Assembly (NCBI GenBank): GCA_965113315.1
Contig: OZ220369.1
From: Podarcis vaucheri
Taxonomy: Eukaryota
DNA length: 64,000 nucleotides
Direction: 5' to 3' (one strand)
In this document: positions 35,949 through 45,277 of the stretch, piece by piece
How positions within the stretch are numbered: the first letter of the stretch is position 1
Layout: the number at the start of each line of letters is the position of its first letter
Made by a program: the position numbers and the translations under genes
Notes under the pieces: model-generated
Database searches by the model: none
Seen by the model: the letters and a program-made list of their open reading frames with translations, nothing else
What the model was told of the DNA's origin: nothing

Positions 35949-38900
35949 TCCACCTCCCCTCCAGGGCCCCCCTCACCCCCTCCCATTTCCTCTCCTCTGG
36001 GAGGTGAAGAGGTAAAACCCCGAAAAGAATCTTCTTCATCTTCAGACGTCTCGAACAATTCCCTCCATCGATCGCCGTCCTGGCTCGCTGAATCCTCCTC
36101 CTCCTCGGAATCTGTGAACCCCTCCAACTCCTCTTCTTCGTCGGTGGTGGCAAAGTATTCCCTCCGGAACCTCGCTACAGGCTGAGGTTTACGTGGGAAC
36201 CTCTGATGAAAAGTTTCTATTAAAACTTCGTCATTGACATCCTCTGCCCTAACCCAGGTGTTTTCCGACTCCGGTTCCCCTTCCCACATTACCAAATACT
36301 CTACTTGATCTCCCTTCCACCTGGAATCGAGGATCTCCGCTACATTGTAGCTTTGTTCCCTTTCCTCCATTGCTGGTCCCCGAGTGACCCTCCCTTCTCT
36401 GTCCCCTTTATACAGTGACAGCAATGACCTGTGGAAAACTGGGTGCAGCTTCATGTGGTTCGGTAACCGGAGTCTGAAAGCCACTGGATTGACCTGTTGT
36501 GTGATTTCAAATGGACCCAGTCTTTTGGGTCTTAACTTCTTACAACCCCCTTTGAAGGGTAACCCTTGGGTTGACAGCCACACTTGGTCCCCCACCCTAA
36601 TGGTTTCACCTTCTCTCCTGTGTTTGTCTGCCTGCCTCTTATATTCCTCCTTGGCCCTGTCTAAGTTAAGTTGGAGCTGGCGATGGATAGCTTCCATTTC
36701 TTCTACGAACTGTTCGGCAGCTGGAACGCTCCATCTCTCCCCCTCCCCCCCTGGGAAAGCCCTGGGATGGCACCCGTAATTTGCCAAAAAGGGGCTCATC
36801 CCCGTGGACACGTTCTCCGCATTGTTGTAGGCAAATTCCGCCAATGCCAACTTCTCCACCCAATCATTCTCTCTGTCATTGACGTAACACCTCAAATATT
36901 GTTGGAGGATGCCATTGGCTCTTTCCGCCTGCCCATTGGTTTCAGGATGCCGGGCAGTCGAGAAATTTACCTCTACATGCAGTAAGCTCATGAGCTTCCT
37001 CCAGAACCTGGAAGTAAATTGTTTCCCCCGGTCTGAAACCACCCTCAAGGGGGCGCCATGCAACCTAAACACATTTTCTACAAACAATTTAGCGGTTTCT
37101 TCTGCCGTGACCGCATGCGAGCAGGCTATAAAGTGTGCCATTTTGGTTAACAGGTCTACCACAACCATGATGGCTGTTTTCCCCCTGGACCTTGGCAGAT
37201 CAGTCATGAAATCTATAGCCACTGCTTCCCATGGTCTTTCTGGTGTGGGTAGCGGTTCTAATAACCCTGCCGGCGCCCGCCTTTCCCCTTTGGCTCGCTG
37301 GCATTGGTCACAACTCCTCACATACTCCCGCACGTCTTCCCTGACCTTAGGCCACCAAAATTCCCTGGTCACCAGCCACATGGTTCTGTGTTGCCCAAAA
37401 TGCCCCGCTGTGGGGCTATCGTGCAGCTGCTTGAGTACCTTCCCCCTCAACTCCCCTTCAGGTATATATAACGCTCCCTTGTAGTACAACGCCCCGTTTC
37501 TCTCCTCAAAACCTCCGTGTTTATCTCCCTCCCTCCTGAGTCCCCTGAGTTTGTCCTGTGCGTATTCATCGTTCTCCGTTCCCTCTACCAGTTCTCTTTG
37601 CCCCACCAATGCCGCCCCACACACCCAGCGGTCCTCTGGAATGACATGTCTCTCTTCGGGTGCTCCCTCCCCCTCCAAATATTCAGGTTTACGTGAGAGA
37701 GCGTCCGCCCTAACGTTCTCTGGGCCTGGCACATAACAAATCTCAAAGTTAAATCTGGAGAACTCCTGGGCCCATCTCAACTGCCGTTGGTTGAGCACTC
37801 GTGCCGTTCTCCAATACTCTAGGTTCTTGTGGTCAGTGCACACTTGCACCTTATGTTGTGCGCCAATTAGCAGGTGCCTCCATCTCCGAAAAGCCTCATG
37901 GATAGCAAGAAGTTCTCGATCGTACACCGTGTAGTTCCTCTCGGATTTGTTCAGTTTTCGCGAAAAAAACGCACACGGTCTCCACTCTGACTCCTCCCCC
38001 CCTGGCTGCAGGAGAAGCACCGCCCCAATGGCTCTGTCTGATGCGTCTGTTTCGACTCTCATCTTTTTTTGTAAATCCACATGCAGAAGTTGTTCTTCAG
38101 AGGCGAAGGCCTCTTTTAGCTCCTCAAAAGCTCGCTCCGCCTCCTCAGTCCAAACAAATTTCTTCTTACTGCTGAGACAGTCCGTTATGGGCGCCGTCAG
38201 GTGGGCAAAGTTTCGGATGAACTTACGGTAAAAGTTCCCAAACCCTAGGAACCTCTGCACATCCTTCTTTGTTTTGGGAGTTTTCCATTCCAGCACTGCC
38301 TGGACCTTGCCGGGATCCATAGCTAATCCCTTGTCTGACAGGCGGTACCCCAGGAACTCCACCTCCTTGGTATGAAACTGACACTTCCCCAGTTTCACCC
38401 ACAGCCGGTTGTCTAGCAGCCTGCGCAACACTTCCCTGACGTCTCTCACATGCTGCTCCTCATTCTCAGAATACACCAACACGTCATCCAGGAAGGCCAC
38501 ACAATTCTTGTAAAGCAAAGGCCCTAGTACGTGGTTCATCAGCGATTGAAAGCACGCTGAGCCTGCTTGTAATCCAAATGGCATGACGAGATATTCAAAT
38601 GCCCCCAAAGGGGTGAACATGGTGGTTTTCCATTCATCCCCTTTCCTTATACGTATCAGATTGTACGCCCCCCTTAGGTCCAGCTTGGTAAAAATCTTTC
38701 CCTTCCGCACCCTGTTCAAAATGTCATCTATTCTAGGCATGGGAAAGGCCAATGGTTCTGACACTGCGTTTAAGGCCCTGAAATCACACACAAGTCTCGG
38801 CTTGTCCGTGTTTTTTTTATCCACAAAAAACACGGGACTACCTCCCACTGCCCTTGACTCTCTGATGAAACCCCTCTTCAGGTTCTTGTCAATGAATTCT

Positions 38901-39547
38901 CGTAACTCCTGCATTTCTCTGTCTGACATGGCATACAACCTGCCTGCGGGGAACTGCGCCCCAGGCAGTAAATTGATTTGACAATCAAAGGGTCTATGCG
39001 GGGGTAGTTGGTCAGCTTCCCTTTCGCTGAACACATCGCTGAGATCTGCGTATTGTCGTGGTACCTTCACCTTCTCCGTTACTTCCGTCCCTGCTAGGGT
39101 AGCTTGGGCTCCTGCTGAACCCTTTCCCTCCCTGCAGTGTTCTAAGCAATGTGCAGAACCAAAGGAAACCACTCTCTGATGCCAGCCCACCAGTGGATCA
39201 TGTAACGCCAGCCAGCTCATCCCCAAAATAATGGGAGCCCCTCCCAAGGTGGCCACATTAAACGCTATCAGTTCCGTGTGCCTTGCCACCCTCATTGTCA
39301 TTGGGACGGTCTGCAAGCTGACTTCCCCTCCCAACAGCTCCCTGCCATCGATCGTGGTCACCTGTAGGGGGTTGCTTAAAGGGATCGTCTGTATCTGGTG
39401 TTCAGCTGCAAACTCCTTGCTCATGAAATTGCAGGAGCTGCCTGAGTCCAACAGCGCCTTAATCTTCAGAGGGTATCCATTTTGCAACTCTAGTGACACC
39501 TCTATCACTAGGGCAGGTTTGGGAGGTTCTGGCGTGGGCACTTTCAC
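35645..39547 (-). CDS. pol: Pol polyprotein: protease, RT, RNase H, integrase, chromodomain, acidic/basic C-terminal tail
   Basis: LLDSGS (PR); KLDLRGAY, MPFGL, FLDD (RT); ETDASD (RH); H-H-CDQC, AIDF/SDRG/QAERAN (IN); GPF motif; YNVAEILD..EYLVMWEG..ENTW (chromo). The frame is open up to 39631 and is probably entered by frameshift from gag. Confidence 0.97.
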   Translation of the reverse strand: MKVPTPEPPKPALVIEVSLELQNGYPLKIKALLDSGSSCNFMSKEFAAEHQIQTIPLSNPLQVTTIDGRELLGGEVSLQTVPMTMRVARHTELIAFNVATLGGAPIILGMSWLALHDPLVGWHQRVVSFGSAHCLEHCREGKGSAGAQATLAGTEVTEKVKVPRQYADLSDVFSEREADQLPPHRPFDCQINLLPGAQFPAGRLYAMSDREMQELREFIDKNLKRGFIRESRAVGGSPVFFVDKKNTDKPRLVCDFRALNAVSEPLAFPMPRIDDILNRVRKGKIFTKLDLRGAYNLIRIRKGDEWKTTMFTPLGAFEYLVMPFGLQAGSACFQSLMNHVLGPLLYKNCVAFLDDVLVYSENEEQHVRDVREVLRRLLDNRLWVKLGKCQFHTKEVEFLGYRLSDKGLAMDPGKVQAVLEWKTPKTKKDVQRFLGFGNFYRKFIRNFAHLTAPITDCLSSKKKFVWTEEAERAFEELKEAFASEEQLLHVDLQKKMRVETDASDRAIGAVLLLQPGGEESEWRPCAFFSRKLNKSERNYTVYDRELLAIHEAFRRWRHLLIGAQHKVQVCTDHKNLEYWRTARVLNQRQLRWAQEFSRFNFEICYVPGPENVRADALSRKPEYLEGEGAPEERHVIPEDRWVCGAALVGQRELVEGTENDEYAQDKLRGLRREGDKHGGFEERNGALYYKGALYIPEGELRGKVLKQLHDSPTAGHFGQHRTMWLVTREFWWPKVREDVREYVRSCDQCQRAKGERRAPAGLLEPLPTPERPWEAVAIDFMTDLPRSRGKTAIMVVVDLLTKMAHFIACSHAVTAEETAKLFVENVFRLHGAPLRVVSDRGKQFTSRFWRKLMSLLHVEVNFSTARHPETNGQAERANGILQQYLRCYVNDRENDWVEKLALAEFAYNNAENVSTGMSPFLANYGCHPRAFPGGEGERWSVPAAEQFVEEMEAIHRQLQLNLDRAKEEYKRQADKHRREGETIRVGDQVWLSTQGLPFKGGCKKLRPKRLGPFEITQQVNPVAFRLRLPNHMKLHPVFHRSLLSLYKGDREGRVTRGPAMEEREQSYNVAEILDSRWKGDQVEYLVMWEGEPESENTWVRAEDVNDEVLIETFHQRFPRKPQPVARFRREYFATTDEEEELEGFTDSEEEEDSASQDGDRWRELFETSEDEEDSFRGFTSSPPRGEEMGGGEGGPGGEVDVRELPSEKQVVEGLREEGRDSTAEAGTSRGRSGSLRECEQEGGLRDASSENSGEVSEAPIGRPTPRRKLSRRESRRRVSVKELLCWRRFRKQPLSESTSD
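35949..35962 (-). promoter_or_regulatory. Polypurine tract
   Basis: GGAGGGGAGGTGGA immediately before the TGTCAGGG of the 3' LTR on the minus strand. Confidence 0.85.
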
Positions 39548-39604
39548 TGCTCTTTGGCCTGGCTGCTGTGCCCCGACGGTGGCAGCCAGGCGTTGGCTTT
39601 TACT
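39536..39604 (-). promoter_or_regulatory. Predicted -1 ribosomal frameshift signal (H-type pseudoknot) at the gag-pol junction
   Basis: Stem 1 GCCUGGCUGC/GCAGCCAGGC (39591-39582 / 39566-39557) and stem 2 GGGCAC/GUGCCC (39573-39568 / 39541-39536). pol is in the -1 frame relative to the zinc-knuckle gag frame. Confidence 0.7.
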
Positions 39605-40559
39605 TGCTCCGATATCTCTTCCACTCCTCCCTCAACAGCTCCCACCATTCCTTGCCATTCCTTCCTCTGGGGGCAGACTCTGGCAAAGTGACCTGGCTGT
39701 TGGCAGAGATAGCATTTCCGGGCGCCTTTTCCCTCCTTCCTACCCCCTTCGCTGGGCTCTGAAACTGCGCGCGCGCGCGCGCTGTTCCGATTTCCATCGG
39801 CTCTGCCGGCGGGAAAGCTGGCTCAGGAATGTCTGGAATGCGGAACTCCTTCCAACGTTCCCCTTTACCTTCCCGCCTCTCCAAGGCTCTTGCCTCCTGG
39901 CGCGCTCCTATGGTCAGCGCAGATTTGGTCAGCTGATCCATAGACACCGCCCTGGGGCTCCGGGACAGTTCGTCTTTCACAGCCGAAGAAAGACCTTCTT
40001 CAAATAGCATCTGAATGGGTGCCGCCGATAAGTCCCACCCCAATCTGTGAACCAGCATGGTAAACTCAGTCCAGTACTCACGGACAGATCGGCTTCCCTG
40101 CTTGCAAGCCATTAGCTGTCTGCGCACCACTCCCTCCTCAATATTGCTGGAAAACATGATATCCATTGCACGAAAGAACTTCATAGTGTCCTTTAGGATG
40201 TCATTGTGCGTTGCCATCAGGGGTCTAACCCAGTCCCTCGCCCCCCTCTCAAGATGCCCAATCACGAAAGCAACTCGCGATTCCTCATCAGGGAACTCAT
40301 CAAACTGCACATTAAGGGCATATTGCATCTCTGTCCTAAAGGCATGGTAGTCCTTGGGGTCCCCCCCAAACTTCTGCACCAATCCTGGTACCTTTCTGGT
40401 GAACTGGGTGGCTCTCCCCTTCTTGTCTGCATCCTGAGCCCTTCTCTCCTCAAGCCTCGCCGTCTGCAGCGCAAGTTGGATTTCCAACGCTCGGTATCTT
40501 TCTTCCAAGCTTGGACCAGCTCCAACCCCTGCTCCTTCGGTTCCGGCTGGGTCGCTCAT
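39544..40559 (-). CDS. gag: Gag (capsid plus CCHC nucleocapsid), interrupted by a 2-nt frameshift in a (GC)8 run
   Basis: ATG at 40559 (MSDPAGTE...), with FGGDP, QGSRSVREY and EPMEIG motifs. The knuckle CYLCQQPGHFARVC (39714-39673) is in a different frame that ends at TGA 39546-39544. As written, the 5' frame stops at 39600. Confidence 0.9.
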
Positions 40560-40591
40560 GATGCCTTCTCCTGCACAGGCAGCGTACAGAG

Positions 40592-40602
40592 ACTGTCGGA
40601 AT
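40592..40602 (-). promoter_or_regulatory. Self-priming primer binding site (11 nt)
   Basis: ATTCCGACAGT lies 2 nt downstream of the 5' LTR and is the exact complement of ACTGTCGGAAT inside the LTR (40733-40723). There is no TGG tRNA PBS. Confidence 0.85.
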
Positions 40603-40604
40603 GC

Positions 40605-41012
40605 TGTGATGGGATGATTAGCTGCTTGTGCGTAAAATCGTGCTCCCTCAGAGTTTGTGCCACTCCACAAACCTCTGTGTGTGACAGAGCTCCTCAAACA
40701 TGTCTGCCCTAGTCACTCGTAGATTCCGACAGTGGTTGCTTTCGGAATCGTCTCCAGCATAAGAGCTCCTTAACGGAAACCCGCCTTCTGGACTCACGGC
40801 GTGACAGTTTCCGGCGAGGCGTGGGTCTCCCTATGGGAGCCTCAGATACCTCCCCACTGTTCTCGCTGGAAGCGTCTCTGAGCCCTCCCTCCTGCTCGCA
40901 TTCCCTCAGAGATCCACTCCTCCCCCTGCTGGTTCCTGCTTCAGCTGTTGAGTCTCTTCCTTCCTCCCTGAGCCCCTCCACCACCTGTTTCTCCGATGGC
41001 AGTTCCCTGACA
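40605..41012 (-). repeat. 5' LTR (408 bp)
   Basis: Matches 35541-35948 and is followed by the self-priming PBS. Confidence 0.97.
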
Positions 41013-43285
41013 TATCGATATATCACAATATCTGAAATAAGGAACTATGCAGAGGCGAACAAGACAATGTCCTGGCAACTGCTACTGTTTAAGGGTCTGA
41101 AATGGATTAATGAGATTATCAATCACCTCATGGTCACTTTCAGCAGCAGACAAGCCAAAATGCATTCAAATGAAACTTTGGGTTTGGGGCTCGGCTAACA
41201 AATGGTGGTATTCCGGACAATCCAAAGTACAGTGATGAGTCAACATGAATACAAATAATCTGGGACTGCCGGACTGGCAGCAGGTCTACTGGGAAACAGA
41301 AGAGGCAGCAGCCTGGTGGCGGCAGAATCAACAATGTCAGGGGAGGGGAAGAAGCAGCAGCAGCCTGGCAGCAGGGGCACAATAATCAGCAGCCTGCAAA
41401 GCATTGCCACGGCAGTGGACAGCAGTGGCAAAAGTGGCAACGGCCTGCAAGGCCTTGTTATGGCGGTAGCAGTAGCGGCAGCCTGCGAGGCCTTGCAGTG
41501 GCAGCAGGAGACAGTGGCAGAAGCAGAGGTGGCCTGCAAGGCCCTGCTGAGGCAGGCTGCCACAGCTTCTGTTACCGCCTCCCACTACTGCCAGGAGGAG
41601 TTGCAGGCTGCTGCCACTTCTTGCCACCATGGCAAGGCCTCGCAAGCCCCATTGCTTGTGTCGCCACGAGTCCTCACAGGCTGCCACTACTATTGCTGCC
41701 ATCTCCCGTCGCCAGTGCAAGGCCTTGCAGGATGCCGCTACTGGCAGTACCAGATTGTTTGTATTCAATATGACTCATCGCCGTACTTTGGATTGCCCTG
41801 AATCCCACCATTTGGTAGCCAAGCCAAAAACCAAAAGTCCTGTTGGGGTGCATTTTGGCATGCCTAGTGATAAAACTGAGTATTCAATGGTTGATAATAT
41901 TGTCATTTGTCCATTTTAGACCCCTAAGTAGTAGCAGTTGCCAGGACATTGTCCTGTTTGCCTCTGTATAGTTCCATCCTTGTTTCAGATATTGTGGTAG
42001 ATTGTGATGCTTAGCTGGTGATAACACTGCAATGTTTAGCTGCTGTAACTATGATGTTTAACTGGTGATAACATTGCAACGTTTAGCTAGTGAATTACTG
42101 CAATGTTTAGCTGGTGAGTTATCATAACGTTGAAAACCAGGTATCGCCTAACCCTTGCACACATTGTGATTCGCGATATATTGCCAGCTCAAATATTATA
42201 AAACAATTATCACACTGTGAACTTCAAACCAGTGTTGGACAATATACTGATATATTGCCTAGCCCTACTGAGTGGCTGCTTAGCTTCTATCTCTCCTGCT
42301 AGATCCCTCCACAATAAAACCTGAAGGACTGCTAGGACAGGGAAGGTTTCCAGCAAATTAGTCTCTGAGGTTCTCTACAGTCACATTCTTAAGTACCAGG
42401 AGCAGGGGCCCTTTCTTCAGCTTCTCTTCTATAATAGTGAGCAAAGGAGTCTCTTTCTGCCTGGCACAAAGCAAGCCAGCTCACAGAAGTTCTGTAGCAG
42501 CTTTAAGGCTGCTGGCAGCAACTTCTGAGTAAGTGTATGCCTTGTTAGCCAGCCTTCTAACCCAAACCGAAGAGAGGGCAGAGAAGGCAAAGGACCCAAC
42601 AACCCACAATGTAAAGCAAGAAGTCTTCTTCCGCAGCAGTTTCCCTTGGTTATACTAGATAAGGTTCCAACTCCAAAACGGAAGGCAATGGATTCCCCAC
42701 CCACCCTGCTTTCTTCAGCACCATCAAGAGGGTATGTTGAAATCCAGTACTGATGTGGCACTATACCTCCCAGTTGCCACTCCTCACTCTGCCCAGCAAG
42801 AGAGAGGGCCTTACAGAGGATTGGCAGCGTCTGCCTAGGTTAAAATAAAAATCATCATCCAATGAAACACCAAAAGCAAGATACAAAGAACTAGCTCTCA
42901 ACTGCGATGTACAGGGAGTCTGCTCCACAGACCTTATAGCAAGATGACCGTGATGAATAAAGAGAAAATATCAGACTTGCACTTCCCTCTGAGGGCCTTT
43001 TCTCAGAGTTTGATATCATTTCACATTTTTATCTGTCATAAATGTTTTGATTTTACGGTGGGAAGCAGCATCTTATCCTGGAGTGTATATTTTGCATATT
43101 TTGAATAATCTTTATATACATAATTGGCAGATGAAGAACCAAAGCCCTGATTATATCGTGAGCCCTTATTTTTTCTTCTTATCTCTCCTTTTCTATGACT
43201 TCTAATTTTTGCTTTCTTTTCCTAACACTATCTCTATATTTACGTTTTGTTTTGTTTTTTGATGTTTCCTATTTTGGGTTAATGA

Positions 43286-43335
<50 letters not shown>

Positions 43336-43602
43336 GATGGATGGAAGATGAAGGGCCCTGTTTGAGGGGTGGGGTAGAGAGAATCTCCCAGGGTAGGAGG
43401 ATGGGGGAAGAGGGGAAAACTCCAAGGTGAGAGCAGGGAGGGCTCACCCTTTGTGTGGAATAAGGGTTAAGATACAACCTTGATATCTCCTCCTCTTCCC
43501 CTATCTTTTCTGTCTGTTTTATTTCTATTTAGATTAATTTCATTTTTATTGTATTCTGTGTTGAAAACTTTCAATAAAAGAAAATGATTATGGAAGCAGC
43601 AT

Positions 43603-43780
43603 CTTGATGGCAGAGCATCTGCTTTGCATGCCTAAGGCCCCAGGTTCAATCCCTGGAATCAATTATTTGGGTTGGTGGAGACCCCTGCTTGACACCATGA
43701 AGAACCACGGTGGGTCAGTGTAAACAATAACGAGCTAGATGGACCAATGGTCTGGCTCAGTATAAAGTAGCTTCCTGTGT
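43603..43780 (+). mobile_element. tRNA-derived SINE (Squam3-like)
   Basis: TGGCAGAGCATCTGCTTTGCATG..GGTTCAATCCCTGG B-box, ending CAGTATAAAGTAGCTTCCTGTGT. Confidence 0.7.
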
Positions 43781-45205
43781 CCATGTTTTGTCCCCCATCC
43801 CCCTTAAAGAGCCATCGCTAATATTTGTGGCATCTTCCCTGAACTTCAAAATGAAGGTTCACATCCAACTTCTGGGTACCGAGGAGACCAAATACCAGGT
43901 AGTTTTTCCTCTTTGTTTAACTGTTATATTTTGGTACAGAAGTGTCCTCAAGAGCCACCCTCGAGTCTCAAAAGATTCATCTCCAGAGTTGTTTACAATT
44001 TCCAGTTATGTAGAGAAGGATTCCACAGGTCTAGGTTTGCCAGGAATGTACAAGTTTCCAAGACAGAGGCTTCATAAACTTTTCCTGTTCTATTTAAGGT
44101 AACTTGCTTGGAATCAGGGTTCAGTAAATGACTGTAAATGTGATTAAAGGGAGGAAGGGGTGCAAAGTTTGTACAGGGCTGAGTGCCCTGAAGGTTCACG
44201 AAATACAAAAGGAAATGCATACATGGTGCCATGCGCATTCCACTTTTGGACACCTGAGGTTGGCAGATCTAAGGGTCCTGAGTGAGCTTTTATTGGGCAA
44301 AGGGGGAACTTGTCCCAAGTGCCACTCAGCTGACACCACACTTTCAAGTAATGGCACCAATGTAACAAAAGCATGTTGATGGCGCGTCTTCGGCATTACC
44401 ACTCAGCACATCTGGGTGCACGGCAATCCAAGCAACGGTCCACATGCCTGGCGCAACAAACTGAAAGGGCCACCCACCCTTCGTGACAGCTGGAAACTGG
44501 GGGAAACTAATAAAGAATACAAAGTCAAAGAAGGATTTCTTTTGTTAAAGTGGCTGTGTGCCTGACAGACAGATTACCCAGTAGTTGAAAGATAGATCTG
44601 AGGCAGAAGAACAAATATTTGGAGAAGGAGCTGAAGGTCAGCAGCTCCAATTCTACCATCTGTGACTCAGCTGAAAGAGAGGTGGTGGTAAAGAGGGAGG
44701 AGGGAGGGCTTCCCAGGACTTAGCTCAAACATTTCAGCTCTTCAAAGGAAGGGTGGCTGATACATGGAATGCCTTCCATTAAGCATGCCAATCCATTTTT
44801 ATTGTTTCTGAACTTCAGTGTGCCAAAATATCACTGGTGCATTGAGTAAATAAATTATGGCTCTCACTCAACGTATGAGAGCTTTTTATTTTATTTTAAC
44901 AATATGAGTTTAATCAACTGATTAAATCTGAATAAATATCCATACTGGAGAGCAAGAATCATTCTGAAGGAGGAAATATACATTTAGCTGCACTTGTGCA
45001 TTATAGCATAGCAGGTACTGTTGTATTTATCTATATCACTGCCTTGCTGTCAGTCAAGGACCCGAGGTGGCTCACAGCACAAAGTAAATCAGATACAGTT
45101 AAAAAACATGCACACAATAAATATAAATATTTAAAAAACCATTGACTAACCTTTTTTTTAAAAAAAAAGCACAGAAAAGCCTATAATCATTTAAAAAGAC
45201 TTGTA

Positions 45206-45277
45206 CAGTCATACCTCGGGTTGAATGCACTTCGGGTTGAGCGCGTTCGAGTTGCGCTCCGCGGCAACCCGGAAGTA
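45206..45277. mobile_element. Tc1/mariner-pogo MITE fragment
   Basis: TA|CAGTCATACCTCGGGTTG end similar to the 13858 element; CpG-rich; second TIR absent. Confidence 0.5.

Larger units (their letters stand above)
35541..41012 (-). mobile_element. Full-length Ty3/Gypsy chromovirus (Tf1/Sushi group) LTR retrotransposon, 5472 bp
   Basis: Two 408-bp LTRs with TGT...ACA termini, 5-bp TSD TATCG (35536-35540, 41013-41017), gag and PR-RT-RH-IN-chromo pol, and a PPT. Confidence 0.98.
35475..42267. mobile_element. Non-autonomous hAT element (about 1.3 kb, internally palindromic), interrupted by the Gypsy insertion
   Basis: TIRs TAGGGCTGGGCGATA (35475) / TATTGCCTAGCCCTA (ending 42267) and decayed 8-bp TSD ctgaacag/ctgagtgg. 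Long internal inverted repeat at about 41020-41285 versus 41740-42000. Confidence 0.75.

Noticed and set aside
35757-40712. Plus-strand ORFs of up to 258 aa inside the LTR element
   Set aside because: They are antisense shadows of gag/pol with no independent motifs.
40709-41026. 105-aa ORF in the 5' LTR
   Set aside because: It is a duplicate of the LTR-encoded pol tail. Its start lies in flanking DNA, upstream of the predicted transcript start.
41240-41919. Ala/Gln/Cys-rich ORFs of up to 161 aa
   Set aside because: They arise from degenerate GC-rich repeats in the centre of the hAT MITE and have no transposase motifs.
44380-44640. CpG-containing segment that might be an old TE coding remnant
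   Set aside because: No recognisable motif or termini, so it cannot be classified by eye.
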